Source of the DNA: Vicinamibacteria bacterium
GTDB taxonomy: Bacteria; Acidobacteriota; Vicinamibacteria; Marinacidobacterales; Marinacidobacteraceae
Assembly: GCA_965199715.1 (NCBI GenBank)
Contig: OZ241322.1
Location: forward strand, 928,001 to 992,000
Length of the DNA: 64,000 bases
Reading direction: 5' to 3'
The position numbers were made by a program, and so were the translations under genes. The notes beneath the pieces were generated by a model. The model was not told the origin of the DNA, ran no database searches, and was given only the letters and a program-made list of their open reading frames with translations. Each line of letters begins with the position of its first letter. Within the stretch, counting starts at the first letter, position 1. Positions 24,474-34,618 of the stretch are shown piece by piece.

Positions 24474-25205
24474 ATGGACCTCCTCTCCCTGCTCACGGCC
24501 GCCGGGGCCGGCGTGATCTCGTTCCTTTCGCCGTGCGTGCTGCCGCTCGTGCCCGGCTACATCTCGTTCGTCTCGGGCACGTCGCTGACCGAGCTGGGAG
24601 AGGCGAAGGATTCGCGCGAGACCCGCGAGCGCCGGCGGCGGGTGATCGTGAACACGCTCGCGTTCGTGATCGGGTTCTCCATCGTCTTCGTGGCGATGGG
24701 CGCGTCGGCGACCTACGCCGGCCAGTGGCTCGCCGCGAACCGGCGGTGGCTCGCGTGGATCGCGGGAACCGTCATCGTGATCTTCGGGCTGCACACGATG
24801 GGCGTGTTCCGCATCCCGTTCCTCGACGTCGAGAAGCGGGTGCACGCGACGACCCAGCCGGCCACGCTGTTCGGCTCGTTCGGGATCGGCCTCGCGTTCG
24901 CGTTCGGCTGGTCGCCGTGCATCGGACCCATCCTCGCCACGGTGCTCGTCGTCGCCGCGAGCCACGAGACCGTCGGTCAGGGGGTCGCGCTGCTGACCGC
25001 GTACTCGCTCGGCCTCGGCGCGCCGTTCCTGCTGACCGGGATCGCGGTGGACCGGTTCCTCGCCGTGTCGTCGGCGATGAAGCGGCGGATGCAGCTCGTG
25101 GAGCGGATCGCCGGCGGTCTGTTGATCGTCATCGGCGTGCTCGTCTTCACCGACAGCCTGCAGGCGTTGTCGCAGTACCTGACGTTCCTGCCCGTGCTTG
25201 GTTGA
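24474..25205 (+). CDS. ccdA: Cytochrome c biogenesis protein CcdA
   Basis: SFLSPCVLPLVPGY and FGWSPCIGPIL. Confidence 0.95.
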   Translation: MDLLSLLTAAGAGVISFLSPCVLPLVPGYISFVSGTSLTELGEAKDSRETRERRRRVIVNTLAFVIGFSIVFVAMGASATYAGQWLAANRRWLAWIAGTVIVIFGLHTMGVFRIPFLDVEKRVHATTQPATLFGSFGIGLAFAFGWSPCIGPILATVLVVAASHETVGQGVALLTAYSLGLGAPFLLTGIAVDRFLAVSSAMKRRMQLVERIAGGLLIVIGVLVFTDSLQALSQYLTFLPVLG

Positions 25206-25207
25206 CC

Positions 25208-25588
25208 ATGACTTCGATCCTGATCCCGCTGTTTCTCCTCGCGCCCGCCCAGCGCGACGAATGGGCCGTGCCGGAGGAGGCGCGGGCGATCCCGAACCCG
25301 GTCGCCGCCGGCGCCGACGCGGTCGCGAGCGGCGAGGAGCACTACCGCCGGCGCTGCGAGTCGTGCCACGGGGAGTCGGGGAAGGGCGACGGGCCGGCCA
25401 CCCGGTTCGTGAAGCCGGCGCCGGCGGACATCTCCACCGCCGAGGCGCGGGACCGGATGACCGACGGCGAGATCTTCTACAAGATCACCGAGGGCAAGAA
25501 GCCGATGCCGGGCATGGCCCGCACGCTCACCGAGGAGGAGCGGTGGCAGGTCGTCCACTTCCTGCGCGCGCTCCAGCCGCCCCGCTGA
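25208..25588 (+). CDS. Monoheme cytochrome c
   Basis: CESCHG motif, TDGEIFYKITEG..PMP, WQVVHFLR. Confidence 0.9.
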   Translation: MTSILIPLFLLAPAQRDEWAVPEEARAIPNPVAAGADAVASGEEHYRRRCESCHGESGKGDGPATRFVKPAPADISTAEARDRMTDGEIFYKITEGKKPMPGMARTLTEEERWQVVHFLRALQPPR

Positions 25589-25604
25589 GGGGGAGGGCCA
25601 CGAC

Positions 25605-26123
25605 ATGCGATTCGCTTTCCCCGCGCTCCTGCTCGCCGGCACCGCATGCGTCGCGCCTCCGCCCGAGGGCGGCGGCCCCGGCGGGGGCCTCGTCGCCGAG
25701 GCGCCCGACCTGAACCTGCCGACGGCGGACGGGACCGGGTCCGTGAGCCTGCGGGGCGACGGCGGCGGCAAGGTGGTGCTCGTGGACCTGTGGGCGACGT
25801 GGTGCGTGCCCTGCGTGGCCGAACTGCCGCACCTCCAGAAGCTCTCCGAGAGCCTCCCCGAGGAGGACTTCCTGATGCTCGGGATCGTGCTCGAGTCGGG
25901 CTCCGACGAGGACGTCGCCGAGTTCGTGGCCGAGCACGGGCTCACCTACCCGAACGTGATGGGCGGCGACTCCGACCGGGACTCGTTCGGGCCGTTCCTC
26001 GGCTATCCGACGAAGTACCTGATCGGGCGGGACGGAAAGCTCGTGAAGCGGTATTTCGGCGCCGTGGGGGATCTCCTCGACGCCGAAATCGGCCAGCTCA
26101 TCGAGACGGGCGCGATCGACTAG
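25605..26123 (+). CDS. TlpA-family thiol-disulfide reductase lipoprotein
   Basis: Lipobox GTAC and WATWCVPC. Confidence 0.92.
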   Translation: MRFAFPALLLAGTACVAPPPEGGGPGGGLVAEAPDLNLPTADGTGSVSLRGDGGGKVVLVDLWATWCVPCVAELPHLQKLSESLPEEDFLMLGIVLESGSDEDVAEFVAEHGLTYPNVMGGDSDRDSFGPFLGYPTKYLIGRDGKLVKRYFGAVGDLLDAEIGQLIETGAID

Positions 26124-27433
26124 GGAGCCTTCTCGAGCTCGAGCCGCCCTTCGGAGGCGGCCACCACCGAGGCGACGGTGAGGTCGCCGGTGACGTTCGT
26201 CGAGGTGCGGATCATGTCGAGGATGCGGTCCACCCCGAGGATGAGGGCCACGCCCTCGGTGGGCACGCCGATCGCCTGCAGGATGATGACCAGCATGATG
26301 AGGCCGGCGCCGGGGACGGCGGCGCTGCCGATGGAGGCGAGCACCGCGGTCAGCAGGATGACGATCTGGCCCTCGAGCCCGATCGGGATCGCGAGCGACT
26401 GGGCGATGAAGATCGCGGCCACGCCTTGGTAGAGCGCGGTGCCGTCCATGTTGACGGTGGCCCCGAGCGGCAGCACGAACGAGGAGACCTCCTCGTGGAC
26501 GCCCAGCTTGGTCTGGGCCTGGCTCATGGTCACCGGCAGGGTCGCGCCGCTGGAGCTCGTGGAGAAGGCCACGAGCTGGACCGGAGCGGCGGCGCGGAAG
26601 AAGCGGCGCAGCCCGATCGGGCTGAAGAAGCGCAGCACCAGCGGATAGACCACGAACATCTGGGTCAGGAGGCCGCCGATGACCACGACGCAGTAGAAGC
26701 CGAGCGCCCCGAGCAGCGTGAGCACGTCGCCCGGGTCGTCGCCCGCCATGCCGGTGATCGCCCCCGCCAGCAGCGCGAACACCCCGAGCGGGGCGAAGCG
26801 CATGATGAGGTGGACGAACTCCACGACCACCGCCTCGAGCGCCTTGAAGAACCCGATCAGGGGGGCGGCGGTCCGGCCCGGGATACGGATGATCGCCACC
26901 CCCACCATGAGCGCCACGAACACGATCTGGAGCATGTTCCGGTTGCTGGAGGCGGCGGAGACCACGTTCGCGGGGACGATGTCGGTGAGCATCGACAGCG
27001 GGCCCCGGCTGTCGGTCATCGCGGCGGCCTGGCCGGCCCGGTCGTCCGCGGCCGTCTCGTAGCGCTCGCGCAGCTCCGACTGCATCGTCTCGGGCACCTG
27101 GTCGCCCGGGCGCAGGAGGTTCGCGTAGGCGAGGCCGATGGTCGCCGCGATCGCGGTCGTGACGATGTACACCGCGAGCGTCTTGCCGCCCATCCGGCTG
27201 ACCTTGCGCAGGTCGTTCAGGGAGGCGACGCCCACGATCAGGGTGGCGAGCACGAGCGGGACGGCGATCAACTGGAGCCCGCTGATGAAGAGCGTGCCGA
27301 ACGGCGCGATCCAGTCGGCCGTGAAGGATCCCCAGCCGGCGGCGGCGGCCACGACGCCGTACGCGACGCCGAGCGCGAGGCCCAGCATGATCTGGATCCA
27401 TAGGACGCGGTACCAGGGGGTCTTTTCGGTCAT
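26120..27433 (-). CDS. Dicarboxylate/amino acid:cation symporter (GltP/DAACS)
   Basis: AFSTSSSGATLP, LPLGATVNMDGTALY, VDRILDMIRTSTNVTGD. Confidence 0.96.
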   Translation of the reverse strand: MTEKTPWYRVLWIQIMLGLALGVAYGVVAAAAGWGSFTADWIAPFGTLFISGLQLIAVPLVLATLIVGVASLNDLRKVSRMGGKTLAVYIVTTAIAATIGLAYANLLRPGDQVPETMQSELRERYETAADDRAGQAAAMTDSRGPLSMLTDIVPANVVSAASSNRNMLQIVFVALMVGVAIIRIPGRTAAPLIGFFKALEAVVVEFVHLIMRFAPLGVFALLAGAITGMAGDDPGDVLTLLGALGFYCVVVIGGLLTQMFVVYPLVLRFFSPIGLRRFFRAAAPVQLVAFSTSSSGATLPVTMSQAQTKLGVHEEVSSFVLPLGATVNMDGTALYQGVAAIFIAQSLAIPIGLEGQIVILLTAVLASIGSAAVPGAGLIMLVIILQAIGVPTEGVALILGVDRILDMIRTSTNVTGDLTVASVVAASEGRLELEKAP

Positions 27434-28797
27434 GAGGCGGGAGCGGGCCGGCGGCCCCGGAGGAAGAAGCGGCCGAGGCGGCCGGGACGGGAGAGACGGA
27501 TGGGAGGCAGGGCGCCGGTTTCCTTCGGATTGGCCTCGACCTGGATGACCGCGTCGCCGGAAAGGATCAGCAGCAGGTCGTCCCCGAGGATCCGGCGGCG
27601 GAAGCCGCGCAGCGGGCGGATCGACGAGGGCGGGTTCGGGTAGGTCGAGGCGATGACCCGAAGCTCTTCGGCGGTGGCCAGCAATTCCGGCGCCACGCCG
27701 TGCTCGCTGGCGCGCAGCTTCAACCAGGTCTCCAGCAGCAGCGCGAGCGACTCGGGGGCGGCGCGCCGCTCGGTCTTCCCGACTCCGGTGAACGGGATGG
27801 GATTCGCCGCGCCGGCATGGATCTCCTTGAGCAGGGCCGCGCCGCTGCGCGAGAGCACCGCGCGGGCGTGCTGGGCGGTCTTCTGGTCCACCTTGCCGGA
27901 CCGGCGGCCGCTTTCCCGGTACGGCTGCATCATCGCGTCCACGGTCTTCGGCTGCCGCCGGGCGAGGTCGCGCAACACCCCGTCCCGGAGCACCCAGGTC
28001 CGGGGCCGGTTGCCGGTGCGCGCGCGCCGCTCGCGCCAGGAGGCGAGCGCCCGCAGCGAACCCCGTTGCGACTCGGTGAAGCCGGGCTGGTCGAGGTTCC
28101 GGTAGTGCTCGTCCTCGGGCTCGAGGCCGTAGGACGCCGGGTCGCCGAGGGGCTTCATCTCCTGCTCGATCCAGTCGAGGCGGGAAAGCGACCGGGCGCG
28201 GCCGAGGAGCTTCTCGCGCAGTCGCAGCAGGTAGCGGACGTCGGCGATCGCGTACTCCACCTGCCGGGCGGAAAGCGGCCGCCGGAGCCAGTCGGACATC
28301 TGCTCGTTCTTGGAGATCTCGCGCCCGACGAAGCCGGCGACGAGGGCGCGCAGCGCGATCTGGACGCGCTTGCCGTGCCCGATCACCGCCGCCGCGACCT
28401 GGGTGTCGAAGACGTTCTTCGGGACGACCCCGGCGAGCGAGTGGAAGATGTCGAAGTCGTGCTTGCCCGAGTGGACGACCTTGAGCACCTTCTCGTCGGC
28501 GACGAGCTCGAAGATGGGCGCGAGGTCCTTGACGGCGAGCGGATCGACCACGGCCTCGACCTCGTCGGTCGCCAGTTGGACGAGGCCGAGCTCGGGGAAG
28601 AAGCGGTTCTCGGGGATGAACTCGGTGTCGAGCGCGACCGCCCCCCGGGCGCGGACGTGCGCGGCGAGCCCGGCGAGGGCTTCGGCGTCCTCGATCAGGC
28701 GGACGGAGCCGTAGTCCGGGGGTTCGGCGGGCTCGACGCGGTCAGCGGCGCCCTTCCCCGGGGTGCGCCGCGCGGAGCGGCCCGTCTCGTCTCCCAA
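27430..28797 (-). CDS. rnd: Ribonuclease D-like exonuclease with HRDC domain
   Basis: ALDTEF, LVQLAT, FDTQVAA, SDWLRRPLS...YAIADV, WRERRAR...VLRD. TTG start with AGAGGA RBS inferred. Confidence 0.88.
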   Translation of the reverse strand: MGDETGRSARRTPGKGAADRVEPAEPPDYGSVRLIEDAEALAGLAAHVRARGAVALDTEFIPENRFFPELGLVQLATDEVEAVVDPLAVKDLAPIFELVADEKVLKVVHSGKHDFDIFHSLAGVVPKNVFDTQVAAAVIGHGKRVQIALRALVAGFVGREISKNEQMSDWLRRPLSARQVEYAIADVRYLLRLREKLLGRARSLSRLDWIEQEMKPLGDPASYGLEPEDEHYRNLDQPGFTESQRGSLRALASWRERRARTGNRPRTWVLRDGVLRDLARRQPKTVDAMMQPYRESGRRSGKVDQKTAQHARAVLSRSGAALLKEIHAGAANPIPFTGVGKTERRAAPESLALLLETWLKLRASEHGVAPELLATAEELRVIASTYPNPPSSIRPLRGFRRRILGDDLLLILSGDAVIQVEANPKETGALPPIRLSRPGRLGRFFLRGRRPAPAS

Positions 28798-28851
28798 GAA
28801 TCCTCTGTGGCCGGCGGAAGCATACCGGCCGTCGTTTACCATCGCGGGGAC

Positions 28852-30258
28852 GTGGCGGAAGCGGGACTCCTGACCGTGCTCCCGCCCGTGCTCGCGATCG
28901 TGGTCGCGCTGCTGACCCGGCAGCCGGTGCTGGCGCTCGTCGCCGGAGTGCTGTTCGGGGAGCTGGTCCTCGCCGGCGGAAGCCCGGGGACCGCGCTCGC
29001 CGCGTCGGTGGAACGCGTCGCGGCCGCGTTCTCCGGCAACGCGGAAATCCTGCTGTTCAGCACGCTCGTGGGTTCGGTGCTGGTCCTGGTCGGCCGGATG
29101 GGGGGCGTGGCCGGGTTCGTGCGCTGGTTCGCGGCGAAGAGCGCGGGGGCGAGCGCGCGGGGGGCGCGGCTTCTCGCGCTCGGGCTCGGGCTCGGGGTCT
29201 TCGTCGAGTCGAGCATCACCTGCCTCGTCAGCGGCTCCGTGGCGCGCCCGCTGTTCGACCGCTTCCGCCAGTCGCGCGAGAAGCTGGCCTACCTGACCGA
29301 CTCCACGTCGGCCCCGGTCTGCATCCTGATTCCGATGAACGGCTGGGGCACGACGGTGCTCGCGATCCTCGCGACGCTCGGGGTCGAGAGCGGGATCGCG
29401 CTGCTCGTCGGGAGCATCCCGTTCAACTTCTACGCGCTGGCCGCGGTCGCGCTCGCGTTCTGGTTCGGGATCACGAACCGCAACTTCGGGCCGATGGCGC
29501 GGGCGCAGCGGCGGGCGGCGGAGACCGGGCAGGTGCTTCGGGAGGGCGCGACGCCGCTCGCGTCGAGCGACATTCTCGAGACCGGCGCGAAGGAGGACGT
29601 CCCGCTGCGGGCGATCAACATGGTCCTTCCGCTCGGCGTGATGCTCGGGATGATCTTCGTCTCGCTGTGGATCACCGGCGAGGGGGACCTGCTGGCCGGC
29701 AGCGGCGGGACCTCGGTGCTGTGGGCGGTGCTGACCGCGACCGTGGTCGCCGCGCTCATGGGGCTCGCGCAGGGGATCCTCCGGGTCCGGGAGAGCGTGG
29801 ACCTGATCCTCAAGGGCGCGTCGGGGATGGTGCCGGTGGTCTCGGTGCTGCTCGTGTCGTTCGCGATCGCCGGCGTGGCGCGGGAACTCGGCACCGGCGC
29901 GTATCTGGCGGGGGTCGCCGAAGCGGCGATGCCCGGATGGGCGTTTCCGGCGGTGCTGTTCCTCGTCACCAGCACGGTCGCGTTCTCGACCGGAACCTCG
30001 TGGGGCACGTTCGCGATCATGCTGCCGATCGCGATCCCGGCGGTGGCGGCGCTTGGGGTGGATCCGCGGGTGGTCGTCGCGGCGGTGCTCTCCGGCGGCA
30101 TCTTCGGCGACCACTGCTCGCCGATCTCGGACACGACGATCATCGCGTCCATGGCCTCGGGGTCCGACCTCGTGGATCACGTGAACACCCAGCTTCCGTA
30201 CGCGCTCCTCGGCGCGGCGGTGGCCGTCCTCGCCTTCCTCGTCGCCGGAACGCTCTAG
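28852..30258 (+). CDS. NhaC-family Na+/H+ antiporter or Na+:solute transporter
   Basis: SREKLAYLTDSTSAP, FSTGTSWGTFAI, GGIFGDHCSPISDTT, HVNTQLPYA. Confidence 0.93.
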   Translation: MAEAGLLTVLPPVLAIVVALLTRQPVLALVAGVLFGELVLAGGSPGTALAASVERVAAAFSGNAEILLFSTLVGSVLVLVGRMGGVAGFVRWFAAKSAGASARGARLLALGLGLGVFVESSITCLVSGSVARPLFDRFRQSREKLAYLTDSTSAPVCILIPMNGWGTTVLAILATLGVESGIALLVGSIPFNFYALAAVALAFWFGITNRNFGPMARAQRRAAETGQVLREGATPLASSDILETGAKEDVPLRAINMVLPLGVMLGMIFVSLWITGEGDLLAGSGGTSVLWAVLTATVVAALMGLAQGILRVRESVDLILKGASGMVPVVSVLLVSFAIAGVARELGTGAYLAGVAEAAMPGWAFPAVLFLVTSTVAFSTGTSWGTFAIMLPIAIPAVAALGVDPRVVVAAVLSGGIFGDHCSPISDTTIIASMASGSDLVDHVNTQLPYALLGAAVAVLAFLVAGTL

Positions 30259-30268
30259 AGTTTCCCGG

Positions 30269-31090
30269 ATGCTCGCCGCGCCGGTCCGGGACGCTCCCGA
30301 ACTCGTTCCCCTCGATCGGGACCATCCCGGGTTCCGCGACCCGGAGTACCGGGCCCGCCGGGACGCGATCGCGCGGCTCGCGCTCGACTGGCGGCCGGGA
30401 GATCCGGCGCCCGAGGTGGGCTACACGGACGACGAGCACGCGGTCTGGCGGCGCGTGCTCGCGGCGCTCCTGGAGCGGCACGCCGAGCTCGCCTGCCGGG
30501 AGTACCGCGTCTGCGCCGACGCGGTGGCGCTGCGGCGGGACCGGATTCCCCAGCTCGAGGAAGTGAACGCCGTCATCCGGCCGCGCACCGGATTCCGGAT
30601 GCTGCCGGTCGCGGGGCTGGTCGAGGCCCGCGCCTTCCTCGCCCGGCTCGCGGACGGCGTCTTCCTTTCGACCCAGTACATCCGCCACTGGAGCCGGCCC
30701 TTCTACACGCCGGAGCCCGACGTGATCCACGAACTCGTGGGACACGCGGCGAGCTTCGCCCACCCCGGCTACTCCGGGCTGAGCCGGCGTTTCGGGCGGG
30801 CGGCGCTCGCCGCGGGCGACGCGGACGTGGAGCGGATCGCGCGCGTGTACTGGTACACGCTCGAGTTCGGCGCGGTCCTCGAGGACGGCGTTCCGAAGGC
30901 CTACGGGGCGGGGCTGCTGTCGTCGGTCGGGGAGCTGGAGCGCCTCCGCACGGCCGAATTGCGCGACTTCGACGTGGAGGAGATCGCGGAGACGCCGTTC
31001 GATCCGACCGACTTCCAGCCGTGGTACTTCCTCGCGCCGACGTTCGAGCGGATGGTCCGGGACGCGTCCCGGTTCCTCGACCGGTTCTGA
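30269..31090 (+). CDS. phhA: Phenylalanine 4-monooxygenase (aromatic amino acid hydroxylase)
   Basis: DHPGFRDPEYRARR, TQYIRH, YTPEPDVIHELVGH, YWYTLEFG, KAYGAGLLSS. Confidence 0.93.
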   Translation: MLAAPVRDAPELVPLDRDHPGFRDPEYRARRDAIARLALDWRPGDPAPEVGYTDDEHAVWRRVLAALLERHAELACREYRVCADAVALRRDRIPQLEEVNAVIRPRTGFRMLPVAGLVEARAFLARLADGVFLSTQYIRHWSRPFYTPEPDVIHELVGHAASFAHPGYSGLSRRFGRAALAAGDADVERIARVYWYTLEFGAVLEDGVPKAYGAGLLSSVGELERLRTAELRDFDVEEIAETPFDPTDFQPWYFLAPTFERMVRDASRFLDRF

Positions 31091-31094
31091 GCCG

Positions 31095-32318
31095 TCAGAC
31101 CGCCCGCAGGACCACGACCGTCGTGTCGTCGTCGGGGGCGCCGCCCCGGAACTGGCGCGCCTCGGCGAGGATCCGGTCGCAGATCTCGCTGGCCGGGGTC
31201 TCCCGGTCGCGCTCCCGGCGGAGCAGCGCGGCGAGCCGCTTCCTGCCGTAGGGTTCGCCGGCGGGGTTCTCGGACTCGACGACGCCGTCGGTGGAGAGCG
31301 CGAGCAGGTCGCCCTGGTTCAGTTGGACGCCCTGCTCGAAGTAGCGCGGGGACGGAAACAGTCCGACGGGGAGCCCGGCCGCCGGAATCTCCTCGAGCGT
31401 CCCGTCGGCGCGGGCGAGGATGGGCGGCAGGTGGCCGGCGTTGATGTGGACGATGCGGCGCAGCGGCACGTCGAGGACGCCGTAGAAGAGGGTCGCGTAG
31501 CGGTTCGCGCCGACGGATTCGTAGAGCAGCCGGTTGATCCGGCCGAAGATCGCCCGCAGCGCGAGGCTGGACGAGGCGAGCGAGTACACCGACGCGCGCA
31601 GCGCGCCGACGAGCAGGGCCGCCGGGACCCCCTTGCCGGACACGTCCGCCACGGCGATCCCGTAGCGGTCCTCGCCGAGCGGGATGAAGTCGTAGTAGTC
31701 GCCGCCGACCTGGGCGCACGGCTCGTACACGGCGGCGAGGTCCATGCTGTCGAGCCGGGGGGCGGCGCGGGGGAGCAGGTCGTGGAGGACCCGTCCGGCG
31801 ACCTCCAGCTCGGAGACGAGCTGGCGGCGCTCGACCGCCTCCCGGTGGTAGAGGATGCGCTCCAGCGCCGGGGCCGCGCCCGAAGTCCAGGAGCGCAGCA
31901 GCGCCGGCGCGTCCGCGTCGAACGCCTCGGCGTCCTTCGACTCGACGATGAGCGCGCCCAGTCGGCGGCCGCCGGCGCCGAGCACCGGCGCGGCGAGCGC
32001 GGACCTCGCGGCGGCGCTGACGTCGGGGTCGCGCTCGGCCCCGGGCCAGAGTTCCGGGCGGCCCGATTCGAGGACCCGGCCGACGAGACCGTCGGGGGTC
32101 GCGGTCGGGTGGTTGCGGCGGCGGGGCTCCCACGCCGCCCGGCGTCCCCGCTCGCGGCGGACGAGGACCGTCGCGCCGTCGAGGCTCAGGACCGTGAGCG
32201 TGGCCCGGTCGGCGGCGGGCAGCGCGACCTGCGCGCCGGCGAGCACGGTGTCGCCGGTGCGGCCCAGCTCGAGGCTGCGGCCGAGCTCCTGAAAGGCCTG
32301 GAGGAGGCTCCGGCTCAT
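31095..32318 (-). CDS. GAF plus PP2C/SpoIIE (RsbU-like) phosphatase
   Basis: VGGDYYD, ADVSGKG, NAGHLPP, STDGVVE, DDTT. Confidence 0.93.
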   Translation of the reverse strand: MSRSLLQAFQELGRSLELGRTGDTVLAGAQVALPAADRATLTVLSLDGATVLVRRERGRRAAWEPRRRNHPTATPDGLVGRVLESGRPELWPGAERDPDVSAAARSALAAPVLGAGGRRLGALIVESKDAEAFDADAPALLRSWTSGAAPALERILYHREAVERRQLVSELEVAGRVLHDLLPRAAPRLDSMDLAAVYEPCAQVGGDYYDFIPLGEDRYGIAVADVSGKGVPAALLVGALRASVYSLASSSLALRAIFGRINRLLYESVGANRYATLFYGVLDVPLRRIVHINAGHLPPILARADGTLEEIPAAGLPVGLFPSPRYFEQGVQLNQGDLLALSTDGVVESENPAGEPYGRKRLAALLRRERDRETPASEICDRILAEARQFRGGAPDDDTTVVVLRAV

Positions 32319-32337
32319 CGAGGAGCCCCCGGCGTTC

Positions 32338-32961
32338 CTAGCGGTGCGCGAAGCAGTAGAAGAGGCCGTCGCCGCCGGTGCCCCGGAGGTCCGACTGGCT
32401 GCAGCCCCGGGAGCCGTGCGCCGAGTTCCACGACGTGCCGTCGTCGCCGCCGCCGACCCGGTCGTGGTGGCCGACGCGGGCGCTGCCGTCGCCGGAATTG
32501 CTCGTCCAGTTGGAGCAGTTCGCGTCGCCGTCGGCCATGAAGCGGGTTCCGTCGGCGGCGGCGCCGGTGATGACGTCGTGCCGGTTCACGTCGTCGCCGC
32601 GGCCGCTGATGACCGCGCCCGTCTCGGAGACCGAGTTCTCCTTGCTGAGCTTGTTGTTCTCGCTGTGGAGGTCCATGACGTCCGAGGCGACCATGACGCC
32701 GTTCGCGTTGTGCCACGGGCCGCCGCCGATGCGGTCGCGGGCGTCGACGTCGTCGGCGCCCAGGTAGGCGCGCCAGACGAGGCCGGAGTCGGCCCCGGCC
32801 TCGGCGGCGAGCGCGGCGCAGTGCGCGTCCGCGCCCTCGAGGCCGCCGAGGTTCGCGCCGTCGCCGCCGCCGCGGCTGGTGAGGAAGAACGTCATCGGCG
32901 CCTGGGCGGCGGCGAGCGCGGGGACGAAGGCGAGAGTCAGGATGAGGAGAGTGCGCCGCAT
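32338..32961 (-). CDS. Secreted lectin-like (C-type lectin/endostatin-fold) protein
   Basis: ANLGGLEGADAHC, WRAYL, ARDRIG.GPW.N, C.NWTS, LFYCFA. Confidence 0.75.
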   Translation of the reverse strand: MRRTLLILTLAFVPALAAAQAPMTFFLTSRGGGDGANLGGLEGADAHCAALAAEAGADSGLVWRAYLGADDVDARDRIGGGPWHNANGVMVASDVMDLHSENNKLSKENSVSETGAVISGRGDDVNRHDVITGAAADGTRFMADGDANCSNWTSNSGDGSARVGHHDRVGGGDDGTSWNSAHGSRGCSQSDLRGTGGDGLFYCFAHR

Positions 32962-32971
32962 GGGTCCGATT

Positions 32972-34069
32972 CTAGGCGGATTTCCGAAAGCGGCGGACGC
33001 CGAACCAGAAGAGCGGAAAGATGAAGACGAGCCAGAACCCGTAGGTGAGGATGCGGTAGCCGACGCCGATGAGATCCTCGAGGCCCGCCTGCGCGAGCAG
33101 CGCCGCGAGGAGGAGCACGAGGGTCGAGGTCGCCGGGCGCAGCCAGTCCTTCAGCTCGCGCCCCGCCTCCTCCAGTCCTCGGGCGATGCGCTCGTTGAAG
33201 GCGTGGATGAGGCTGGTCGCGGTCTCGACGAGGGTGCCGAAGAGGATGACCTGGAAGGCGACGAGAAGGACCGGGGAGCCGATCCGCTCGAGGAGCGTGA
33301 GCGAGGGAACGGTCTCGTCGAGCATCGCGGGGCCGAGGCCGGCCATGGCGACGAAGAAGAGGACGGCGGGCACGATCCCGATGGGCCCGGCGAGGAAGCC
33401 GGCGACGACCGCGTCGCGCCGGGTGCGCAGGTGGTGGGCGCAGAACAGGAGCGCCGGGAGGGTGCCCACGTTGTACGCCATGTACTCCGCCCCGCCGATC
33501 GCCCAGTCGCTCGCGACCTCGCCGAGGGCGAGCGCGTCGCGGATCTCGGGTCCGAAGGCGCGCAGCGAGGCGATCAGGACGACCGCGTACACCGCGTACA
33601 GCGCGAGCGACCAGAAGGAGAGGAAGTTCTCGACGGCGGCGGTCCCCTTCATCACGAGCCAGCCGACGGCCAGCATGATGACCCCCACGCCGACGGCGTA
33701 GGGGAGGCCGAGCGAGCGGGAGAGGATCTCGCCGCCCGCGGCCGCCACGACCGAGACCACGACGAGCATGGACGCGAGATAGAGAATCTCGTAGAGCCCG
33801 TTCCAGCGTCCCAGCAGCGCCCGGGCGAAGGTGCGGTAGTCGAAGGCGCGGGCGCGGCGGGCGACCTCGAAGGTGAGGGCGCAGGTCAGCGACCAGAGCG
33901 GGACGGTGACGACGAGCATCCCGAGGAGCCCGCCGGCCGCTCCCTTGGTCAGGAAGTACTCCACGAGCTCGCGGCCGGTGCCGTAGCCGCCGGCGATGAT
34001 CATGGACTGGAAGCAGAACCCCGGCAGCAGGACTCGCTGGAACCAGTCCGAGCGAAGCGGGTTCCTCAT
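32972..34069 (-). CDS. YkvI-like membrane protein
   Basis: IAGGYGTGRELVEYF motif, about 10 TM helices. Confidence 0.82.
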   Translation of the reverse strand: MRNPLRSDWFQRVLLPGFCFQSMIIAGGYGTGRELVEYFLTKGAAGGLLGMLVVTVPLWSLTCALTFEVARRARAFDYRTFARALLGRWNGLYEILYLASMLVVVSVVAAAGGEILSRSLGLPYAVGVGVIMLAVGWLVMKGTAAVENFLSFWSLALYAVYAVVLIASLRAFGPEIRDALALGEVASDWAIGGAEYMAYNVGTLPALLFCAHHLRTRRDAVVAGFLAGPIGIVPAVLFFVAMAGLGPAMLDETVPSLTLLERIGSPVLLVAFQVILFGTLVETATSLIHAFNERIARGLEEAGRELKDWLRPATSTLVLLLAALLAQAGLEDLIGVGYRILTYGFWLVFIFPLFWFGVRRFRKSA

Positions 34070-34113
34070 GGAGCGGCTCGCGGAGCATACGCGGGCCGGT
34101 ATCCTCCGGCGCC

Positions 34114-34617
34114 ATGCCCGCGACGGTCCTCTCCCTCATGCTGACGCTGCTCGCTCCGGCGCCGGCCGAGCTGGTGGAGCGGTGGTTCGCGCTCGCCGGG
34201 GCGCTCGCGGAAGACCCGGAGTCGCGCGAGGCGTTCCTCGATCTCTACGAGGAGGACGCGCTCCACATCCAGGGGCCGATGGGAACCCACCAGCGGGGCA
34301 CGACGACGTTCTGGGGCCGCGAGAAGGTGGCGCTGCTGGTCGCCGGCCTGCTGGAGGAGTGGACCGACCGCTCGATCCGGCTCGAGGTCGCGACCGCCGC
34401 CGAGGTCTCGGAGACGGTGCTGCCGGAGGCGCCCGGCCCGTGGGGGGGGTCGCTCGTCGCCGCCCAGTTCACGCTGTCGGGCACGAGGCGGGACGACGGC
34501 CGGCGCTACGTGATTCCCGGGGCCGGGTTCTTCCGGGTGCGGGGGGATCGGCTGAGCCGGGTGCGGATCTATCTGGGGATGGGCGAGGCGGCCGAGGTCG
34601 AGATCCAGTCGCGGTAG
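34114..34617 (+). CDS. NTF2/SnoaL-like protein
   Basis: LDLYEEDA...GRE...FFRVRGDRLSRVRIY pattern, N-terminal signal-like segment. Confidence 0.65.
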   Translation: MPATVLSLMLTLLAPAPAELVERWFALAGALAEDPESREAFLDLYEEDALHIQGPMGTHQRGTTTFWGREKVALLVAGLLEEWTDRSIRLEVATAAEVSETVLPEAPGPWGGSLVAAQFTLSGTRRDDGRRYVIPGAGFFRVRGDRLSRVRIYLGMGEAAEVEIQSR

Positions 34618-34618
34618 G

